Shown piece after piece: positions 57,590 to 64,000 of a stretch of 64,000 nucleotides of DNA. The notes below the pieces were generated by a model. That model worked only from the letters and a program-made list of their open reading frames with translations. It did not search any database and was not told the DNA's origin. Position numbers and translations under genes: made by a program. Origin of the DNA: Vicinamibacteria bacterium (lineage in GTDB: Bacteria; Acidobacteriota; Vicinamibacteria; Marinacidobacterales; Marinacidobacteraceae); assembly GCA_965115855.1 (NCBI GenBank), contig OZ220470.1, forward strand, positions 975,385 through 1,039,384, written 5' to 3'. Within the stretch, counting starts at the first letter, position 1; each line of letters begins with the position of its first letter.

Positions 57590-58936
57590 CTACCGGAAAC
57601 CGAAGAGCGGCGGGAACGCCGTCACCACCAATGCCGCCCACCCGGCATAGACCAGCAACCAGGACGTCTGCCAGCGCTCCAGGGCGGCGAAGCCGACGCC
57701 AGTATGCAGAAACCGGGCGTAGTGGAACGCCGAACCGGCCAGACTCGTGAGCAGGATGAGGTTCTCCCCGAGAGCCGCCACCCGGTTGGGCGTGAAGCCG
57801 AACTCGCCGATGCGGCCGAGCATCGCCCCGAGCGCAAGAAGGTCCACCACCAGCGCGCTGACCGCGAGCAAAAGCGCCAGTCCGTCGAAGAGACCGGGAG
57901 GCGCTTGCGGATCGCGGGCCGAAACGTTGTAGAGCAGCAGTCCCGCGACCAGCACCAGCAGCAGGTCGAAGAGGATCAGCACTTCGCGCTCGACGTCGAT
58001 CGGGTTTCCGGTCCCGATCATGGCCGCGAGGAAGACCAGCAGGGCTGCCGAGAGCAGCGGCGTGAAGATCCACGCCAGCACCGGCGCCATGTTCTCGATG
58101 ACGCTCTTCTTGAGCTCGACGAGGCCCGACGCCACCACCAGCGCCCCGGCGATCCCGCACGGAACCACGAAGCGCCCGACCACCCATTCGGCGTTGATGC
58201 CGATAGCAGCGAAACTCAGCACGGTGAGCGCGGTCACCACCACGCCGCCGAGTGCAATCAGCACCAGATAGAGGAACAGTTCGCCGGAGAAGCGGACGAA
58301 GTCCATGCGCGCCCCGCCGGCGAACCAGCGCCCGCCGGAATAGGCGAAACCCACCACGAGCCAGGTCGCGATGGGAAGGTGAAGGGCGACCAGCGCCTCG
58401 GTATCGGCGCCCTCGACGAAAGGATGAATGTTGGCCGCCACCGCCGCAGCCGTGAACCCGCCCACGATTCCGAGGAGGGCGACCCGGTCCAGATTCCGCT
58501 TCCAGGCAAAATACGCCGCCACCATGGGAAACGCGAACAGGCTGAAGTTCCGGGCGTAGAACGGTGCGCCGGCGTCGTCGAGACGCATGCCGAAGAGCTC
58601 CGGAATCTTGATCAGGATCGCGCCGGCGACGGCACATCCCAGGACCACCAAGGCCTCCCGGCGCGCCGCCTCCGCCTCCGGAGGCGCCACCAGCTGCTTC
58701 CACAGCCGCTCGGAGTGCTCGCGGGCGAACTCGCGCGAAATCCCGTCGAGACTGCCCATCCGCTTGATCGCCACCAGAAACGCCTCGTCGGATGCGAGCC
58801 CCGACTCCACCAATTCCGCCATCCGATCGCGCAGATGGCCTTCGAGCTCCTCGACATCCGGGCCGTCCACCGCCGGACGGCCCCGAAGGTAGGCGCGCCA
58901 CCGGGCAATGAGGTTCTCGACCGACGCTTCGTTCAT
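57590..58936 (-). CDS. PadR-associated polytopic membrane protein. It has a DUF1700-like cytoplasmic N-terminal domain followed by about 10 TM helices.
   Basis: Start MNEASVENLIARW overlaps the PadR stop (ATGA). The N-terminal approximately 80 aa are not hydrophobic. The remainder is strongly hydrophobic. Confidence 0.6.
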   Translation of the reverse strand: MNEASVENLIARWRAYLRGRPAVDGPDVEELEGHLRDRMAELVESGLASDEAFLVAIKRMGSLDGISREFAREHSERLWKQLVAPPEAEAARREALVVLGCAVAGAILIKIPELFGMRLDDAGAPFYARNFSLFAFPMVAAYFAWKRNLDRVALLGIVGGFTAAAVAANIHPFVEGADTEALVALHLPIATWLVVGFAYSGGRWFAGGARMDFVRFSGELFLYLVLIALGGVVVTALTVLSFAAIGINAEWVVGRFVVPCGIAGALVVASGLVELKKSVIENMAPVLAWIFTPLLSAALLVFLAAMIGTGNPIDVEREVLILFDLLLVLVAGLLLYNVSARDPQAPPGLFDGLALLLAVSALVVDLLALGAMLGRIGEFGFTPNRVAALGENLILLTSLAGSAFHYARFLHTGVGFAALERWQTSWLLVYAGWAALVVTAFPPLFGFR

Positions 58937-59316
58937 GCCGACGCCATGGACATTTCCGACCAGGCGCCGCGCAGGGCATCCGCGACCACCCGCCACTGGC
59001 GCCGCTCGGCGGCGAGCTGCGCCCGGCCCCGGGGGGTGATCCGGTAGTACTTGCGGCGGCGTCCGCTCTCCGCCCGCTCCCACCGCGCCACCACGTGGCC
59101 GAGCCGCTCGAGCCGGTGCAGGATCGGATACAGCATGCCGTCGGTCCACTGAAGCTCGCCGTTCGAAAGCTCGGCCACCCGCTTCAGGATGGCGTAGCCG
59201 TAACTGTCCGCCTCGGCGAGGATGGCGAGCACGAGCGGCGTGGCGGAAGCCGCCACCAGGTCCTTGCCGATCTGCATGCCTTGAGGCATTATGCCTTGAT
59301 CTGCTATGTATGTCAA
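58933..59316 (-). CDS. PadR-family transcriptional regulator. The true start is probably at MPQGMQ (about 59289).
   Basis: Winged-helix pattern LVLAILAEADSYGYAILKRVAELSNGELQWTDGMLYPILHRLERLGHV. Confidence 0.8.
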   Translation of the reverse strand: MTYIADQGIMPQGMQIGKDLVAASATPLVLAILAEADSYGYAILKRVAELSNGELQWTDGMLYPILHRLERLGHVVARWERAESGRRRKYYRITPRGRAQLAAERRQWRVVADALRGAWSEMSMASA

Positions 59317-59371
59317 TTCCGGGTCACCAAACCCGGAGAAGACGCGCGGACTTCCCGGTCCGCGTCCTCGC

Positions 59372-60211
59372 TCAACCCCCCGTTTCGTACTTGACCTGGG
59401 CGGGCACCGGTCGGAGATCCCGGATGAGTCCGAGCCAGCTCATCACCACCAGCACATACCAGGTCACGTCGATCTCCCACCAGAAGAATCCCTGCCGGGT
59501 CGCCGCCGGGTAACGATGATGGTTGTTGTGCCAGCCTTCGCCGAGAGTCAGCAGCGCGAGGAGCAGGCTGTTGCGGCTGTCATCCCGGGTCCGGTAGCGG
59601 CGCCGCCCCATGCGATGGGCAGCCGAATTGATCAGGGAGGTGGCGTGGAAGAGCGCCACCGTGGAGATGAAGAACCCCCACACCAGCATCTGCGGGCCGC
59701 TGGTGTCCACCCCTGCCCCCTGGAGCAGCGTCCCGAGGCCGAAGAGTCCCGTTGCCAGCAGGATCGGCACCACCGTGTCGAAGCGGTCCAGCAGGCGCAG
59801 CTCCGGGTAGCGGGCCAGGTCCGGCACCACGTCGAGCCGGGTGGGGAAGTTGGCCGGGGCGGTGATCCAACCCATATGGCTCCACCAGAAGCCGTGCTGA
59901 AGCGGCGAATGGACATCCCCCGGACCGTCGGAGTGGCGGTGGTGGAGCCGGTGGTGCGCCGCCCACCAGAGCGGCCCCCGCTGGACCGCGGAAGCTCCGC
60001 AGAGGGCGAAGACGAACTGCATCGCCCGCGATGTGCGGTAGGTCCGGTGGGAGAAGTAGCGGTGATAGAACGCAGTGATGGCGAACGCCCGGAGCCAGTA
60101 CAGCGCGAGCGCCACGCCGACCGCAGCCCAGCTCCATCCGACGAGGATCGGCGCCAGGCACATGAGATGGACGGCGAGGAAGGGGGCCACCCGGCCCCAC
60201 TCCACCTGCAT
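59372..60211 (-). CDS. Acyl-CoA (stearoyl-CoA delta-9-type) fatty acid desaturase.
   Basis: Three histidine boxes (HRYFSHR, HRLHHRHSD, HNNHHRYP) and 4 TM segments. Start chosen at MQVEWGRV. Confidence 0.8.
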   Translation of the reverse strand: MQVEWGRVAPFLAVHLMCLAPILVGWSWAAVGVALALYWLRAFAITAFYHRYFSHRTYRTSRAMQFVFALCGASAVQRGPLWWAAHHRLHHRHSDGPGDVHSPLQHGFWWSHMGWITAPANFPTRLDVVPDLARYPELRLLDRFDTVVPILLATGLFGLGTLLQGAGVDTSGPQMLVWGFFISTVALFHATSLINSAAHRMGRRRYRTRDDSRNSLLLALLTLGEGWHNNHHRYPAATRQGFFWWEIDVTWYVLVVMSWLGLIRDLRPVPAQVKYETGG

Positions 60212-61202
60212 CGCGCGGCCATCCGCGACCGGCTGGTAGGACCAGCTGTCCAGCCAGACCAGCACCGTCCGGAGCGGATGGCGTGGCGACCTGGCCCTCG
60301 CGGGCGCTACCGGCACGCGAACGCCCGCCACGATCCGACCAGGGGAAAAGGAGTCATGGGCGCGGGACGGTACAACGGCCGGGCTTCCGAAGCGAGCGGC
60401 GCGAACCGGAACTGCCGTCCGGCCGCCGCCGGGATCCCCTGCCAGCGTTCGCGCCGGGACGCGGACGTCCCTACGGCGGCAACCCCCCGGGGTGGCGTCA
60501 CCTCGTCGGAGACCGGGCCGCGGCCACTGCGAAATTCCCCGCCCGGATGTTGAAGGTGCAGAGCACGCCGTTGGTCGGTCGGCGCGCCGTGGTGGTCGGC
60601 GCGATCCTGCGGTTGCGACTCGGGGCGCCGTCGCTCGCCGCCGGATCGTCCGTCAGGCAGGACGCTGGACGGCGGGGACAGGATTCCCGCGCCGGGTGGC
60701 CGGCTCCCCGAGATGGGGAAGAGTCCGGTCCGCTGGCCTGGTGGACCGAACCAGGCCAGCCACGGATCCGGCGGAGGACCGGGAACGTCTTCGGTCAGGG
60801 CCCGGACCAGGACCGAAAGCGGAACGCCGCCCCGGCCTGATTCCGGACGGGCGTTTTCGAAGGGTTGTCGATCACCTCCCATGCTTCGTCACTCCAGGTC
60901 TCGTCGGGACTCCCGGTCCCGGCCTCGGTGCTCGTTGCCTCCCCGACACACTCTCGGGATCAGGCGACAAGCGCGGCGTCGGGACACTCCGGCGGATTCT
61001 TCGATCTTCCGGGGCGGCTCATGGAGTGTCCGCCGCCTTTCGAACCCGCGCCCCGGCCGCTGCGATACGAGACCGGAGACCAGAACGCGAAGGGGCGCCG
61101 TCATCGCCAAATCCGGAAGCCTCCGTTCGTTCCGTTGATCGGACCGTTCCCCGGGTCGTGGGTGGTGGAGGCTCCTGAACCCTCGATGCGCCACCGGCCG
61201 CT

Positions 61203-61268
61203 GACGACAACATCGCCCGTATTGACGACAACATCGTCCGTATTGACGACAACATCGTCCGTATACAG
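61203..61268. repeat. Three tandem direct repeats of about 21 bp (GACGACAACATCGYCCGTATT) in a 1.3-kb gene-free region.
   Basis: Direct reading. It lies downstream of the threonine dehydratase gene and about 0.9 kb upstream of the desaturase gene. Confidence 0.5.
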
Positions 61269-61626
61269 GTCATACCGTCAGCCGGTGATGCCGGCATCCG
61301 GGAACTCGTCCGGGGGGATTCCCCTGCCGGACGGCTTCGAGGCCGGTGGAACGTTCGATTTCCGGGCGCCCCAGGGCGAAACCGGCGCCGGAACGGAAGG
61401 CATCCTGCGCGCCGAAGGCCTGGCGGGACCGCTCGACCCGAAACGAGGAAAGGGCGCCGATCTCGATTCCGGTGCGGCCCCGTGTTCGAACCGGCGCCTC
61501 CCGGAGGCGCCCTCGACGACGAGACACTCGGGAGATCCACCGTACGGGGAGGGCAACCCCTTCCCCACATCCCGGGGGGCCGGGTCGTCAGGGAAGGTGA
61601 TGCCGGCGGGGATTGCGACCGCTTGC

Positions 61627-62667
61627 TCAGGGACCCGACGCGCCCCGGGGCGGCGGATTCCGCGCCAGCATCCGCAGGCCGGCGGCGGAGATGCCGGCGC
61701 CGCTGAGCACCAGGACCGTCTCGCCAGCGGCCGGCGCCAGATGCGGAAGGGCCGCGATGGGGAGCGCACCCGAACCTTCGACCAGCGCGAAGCGCCGGGC
61801 GAGGAAGAGCCGCATCGCTTCGGCGATCTCCGCCTCCTCGAGCAACACCCACTGGTCCACTCGGCGGCACGGATCGAAGGTGATGGCGCCGGCTTCGACG
61901 CCACCCGCCACGCCGTCGGCGAGGGTCGGCAGGAACGGGACCTCGGTCCCCGAATCGAGGATGCGGCCGGCGGAGACCGAGGCGGCCATCACCGCCGACG
62001 CCCGGGGCTGACACCCGACGATCCGCACTCCGGACCGCACCTCCTGGAGAAACGCCGCGATTCCTCCGATCAAACCGCCACCGCCAACCGGAACCACCAC
62101 CTGGCCGAGTTCGGCGTCGCCCATCGCCTCGTGGATCTCGACGCCGATACTCCCCTGCCCGGCGATGACCTCGGGATCGTTGTAGGGGGAGATGAAGGGG
62201 CGGCCACTCCGCTCCGACTCGGCGCGCGCCGCCGCTTCCGATTCCACCGCGTCCTCCCCGGCCAACCGCACCTCCACCACCTCTCCGTACTGCCGCAGCG
62301 CCTCCCGCTTCGCATCCGCAACCGTTTCGGGGAGATAGACGATGCCCCGGCCGCCCAGCCGCGCCAGCGCCCAGGCGGTCGCCCGTCCGTGGTTTCCGGA
62401 GGAGGCGGTGACCACACCGTCCCGGAGCACCCGCTCCCCGGCCGTTTCCCGAAGGACCAGCAACCGGTTCAAGGCTCCCCGCGCCTTGAACGAGCCGGTG
62501 GCCTGAAAGCACTCCAGTTTCCAGCGCACGCGCGATCCCCCCGGCGCCCGGAAGCCGGCAGCGATTTCGAGGGGGGTCCGATCGAGGAAGGCAGCGATCC
62601 GGGAGGCCGCCCGGCGAATCCGTTCGGCCCCGACCCCGCCGCTGTGCATAGAATTCGTGGCCGCCAT
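61627..62667 (-). CDS. Threonine/serine dehydratase (PLP fold type II).
   Basis: PLP-lysine motif (ATGSFKARGA), glycine-rich loop (VVPVGGGGLIGG). 346 aa, so no ACT regulatory domain. Confidence 0.8.
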   Translation of the reverse strand: MAATNSMHSGGVGAERIRRAASRIAAFLDRTPLEIAAGFRAPGGSRVRWKLECFQATGSFKARGALNRLLVLRETAGERVLRDGVVTASSGNHGRATAWALARLGGRGIVYLPETVADAKREALRQYGEVVEVRLAGEDAVESEAAARAESERSGRPFISPYNDPEVIAGQGSIGVEIHEAMGDAELGQVVVPVGGGGLIGGIAAFLQEVRSGVRIVGCQPRASAVMAASVSAGRILDSGTEVPFLPTLADGVAGGVEAGAITFDPCRRVDQWVLLEEAEIAEAMRLFLARRFALVEGSGALPIAALPHLAPAAGETVLVLSGAGISAAGLRMLARNPPPRGASGP

Positions 62668-62693
62668 TACGTCCGGCGAAAGAGAGTAGCAAC

Positions 62694-64000
62694 ATGGTTC
62701 AAGGCATCGAAGCCGTCCCCCAACCGAAGAATGAACCGGTCCGCGAGTACCTTCCGGGAAGCCCCGAGCGGGCCGTGCTCGAGGCCGAACTGGAGCGCCA
62801 GTCCGACGAAGTCGTGGAGATCCCGATCATCATCGGCGGGAAGGAAATCCGCACCGGCCGCATCGGCGAGGTTCGCTGCCCCCACGACCACCGGAAGGTC
62901 CTGGCCCGGTACCACGAGGCCGGGGAGGAGCAGGTGCGGGATGCGGTCGAGGCGGCGGCAAGCGCCTGGCAGTCCTGGTCCGAGCTCCCAGCCGGGAGCC
63001 GAATCCGGATATATCAGCGGATGGCGAACCTGGTCGCCGGCCCCTGGCGGCAACGGATGAACGCCTCAACCATGCTGGGCCAGTCCAAAACCTGCCATCA
63101 GGCGGAGATCGAGGCCGCCTGCGAGTTCGCCGACATGCTCCGCTTCAATGCCTACTTCCTCGACCAGCTGAGCCGGGACCAGCCCACCATCAACGACGAT
63201 CCTTCCATCTGGAACGGCATCGAGTACCGCGCCCTCGAAGGATTCATCTTCGCGGTGAGCCCATTCAACTTCACGGCGCTCGGCGGCAACCTGGCAACGG
63301 CGCCGGCGATCATGGGCAACACCATCCTGTGGAAACCGGCGGAAACCCAGATGCTGTCCGCCTGGCAATTGATGAACCTGTATCGGGAGGCCGGCCTTCC
63401 CGACGGAGTCATCAACATGCTCCCCGGCTACGGTCCCCCGATCGGAGCCGCTGCCCTCGCCCAGGAAACCCTCGGCGGGGTGCACTTCACCGGCTCCACC
63501 CCCACCTTCCAGCAGCTATGGAAAACGGTGGGCGAAAATATCGCGCACTACCGCAGTTACCCGCGGATCGTCGGCGAGACCGGCGGAAAGAACTTCGTGG
63601 TCGTCCACCAGAGCGCGGACCTGCCTTCCCTCGTCGCCGGGTTGATCCGCGGCGCCTACGAGTATCAGGGCCAGAAGTGTTCGGCGGCTTCCCGGGCCTA
63701 TCTTCCGAACAGCATGCGGGAAGCCTTCCTCGAGCGCTTCCTGGCGGAACACGGGCAGGTCACGATGGGGGACCCGACCGACTTCTCCCATTTCATGGGT
63801 GCGGTGATCGACGAACGGGCCTTCAACAAGATCTCAGGGTATCTGGATTTTGCCAGGGACGACCCGCAACACCGGATCATCGCCGGTGGCAACGCCGACC
63901 GATCGGTGGGATGGTTCGTCGAGCCGACAGCCATCGAGACCGACGACCCGACCAGCAAGCTGATGACCGAGGAGATCTTCGGGCCGGTGCTGACCCTCTA
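62694..64000 (+). CDS. L-glutamate gamma-semialdehyde (1-pyrroline-5-carboxylate) dehydrogenase. It is 3'-truncated by the window edge.
   Basis: ALDH superfamily motifs (FTGSTPTF, GETGGKNF, GQKCSAASR catalytic Cys). The N-terminus is typical of PruA/RocA-type P5CDH. The ORF runs off the window end, so it is absent from the ORF track. Confidence 0.8.
   Translation, partial: MVQGIEAVPQPKNEPVREYLPGSPERAVLEAELERQSDEVVEIPIIIGGKEIRTGRIGEVRCPHDHRKVLARYHEAGEEQVRDAVEAAASAWQSWSELPAGSRIRIYQRMANLVAGPWRQRMNASTMLGQSKTCHQAEIEAACEFADMLRFNAYFLDQLSRDQPTINDDPSIWNGIEYRALEGFIFAVSPFNFTALGGNLATAPAIMGNTILWKPAETQMLSAWQLMNLYREAGLPDGVINMLPGYGPPIGAAALAQETLGGVHFTGSTPTFQQLWKTVGENIAHYRSYPRIVGETGGKNFVVVHQSADLPSLVAGLIRGAYEYQGQKCSAASRAYLPNSMREAFLERFLAEHGQVTMGDPTDFSHFMGAVIDERAFNKISGYLDFARDDPQHRIIAGGNADRSVGWFVEPTAIETDDPTSKLMTEEIFGPVLTL

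Noticed and set aside
60340-61200. RNase P RNA-like P4 motif (GAAGAGTCCGG ... CCGGAC) in the 60.3-61.6 kb non-coding region.
   Set aside because: The spacing between the putative P4 strands is about 90 nt instead of about 250-300 nt, and other conserved RNase P elements were not found. It is probably chance in GC-rich sequence.
60865-63060. 731-aa plus-strand ORF and 61019..62695 (-) 558 aa across the threonine dehydratase region.
   Set aside because: They are off-frame or antisense relative to the well-supported dehydratase gene and have low-complexity translations. The upstream part covers the non-coding 60.3-61.6 kb region with no codon bias.

Overview
This is a high-GC (roughly 65-70%) bacterial chromosomal segment, densely coded on both strands. 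The taxon cannot be determined from sequence alone. Because of the GC content, the six-frame track is full of long spurious antisense ORFs. I called genes from recognisable protein families, signal peptides, Shine-Dalgarno spacing and operon context, and rejected most overlapping antisense ORFs.

Gene content along the window:
- Aerobic benzoyl-CoA (box) cluster: thiolase, boxB, boxC.
- Secreted S9 peptidase.
- Lipoate / 2-oxoacid dehydrogenase operon: lipA, an apparent E1beta-E2 fusion, lipB, lpdA.
- PaaI-like thioesterase and nadE.
- Two paralogous giant FN3/Calx-beta lipoproteins plus a small low-GC Calx-beta lipoprotein.
- A nested insertion sequence: an IS256-family element inside an ISL3-family transposase gene, with an 8-bp target duplication.
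- A BNR/sortilin-like secreted glycosidase-like protein.
- A class A beta-lactamase-like protein with an atypical omega loop.
- ECF sigma factor, anti-sigma factor and a PDZ protein.
- Arginine biosynthesis operon: argR, argC, argD, an argF-like carbamoyltransferase, argB.
- Peptide/glutathione catabolism cluster: phosphatase-like protein, ggt, two M16 peptidases, prolyl oligopeptidase.
- groES-groEL.
- A three-gene defence-like island after groEL: AlbA_2/HATPase_c_4 protein, an unknown 446-aa protein, and an OLD-family ABC-ATPase fused to a TOPRIM/DUF4435-like domain.
- PadR regulator with its membrane partner, a fatty-acid desaturase, threonine dehydratase, and a partial P5C dehydrogenase.

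The most unusual non-genic signals are four separate intergenic tandem-repeat arrays: 16 bp x about 42, about 123 bp x about 8, 96 bp x about 7, and about 21 bp x 5-6. Several of them are seeded by copies of the stop or start junctions of the flanking genes. No CRISPR array, rRNA or tRNA was recognised.

Coordinates of hand-placed features downstream of about 34.5 kb may be off by 1 nt, because my base counting drifted relative to the ORF track.
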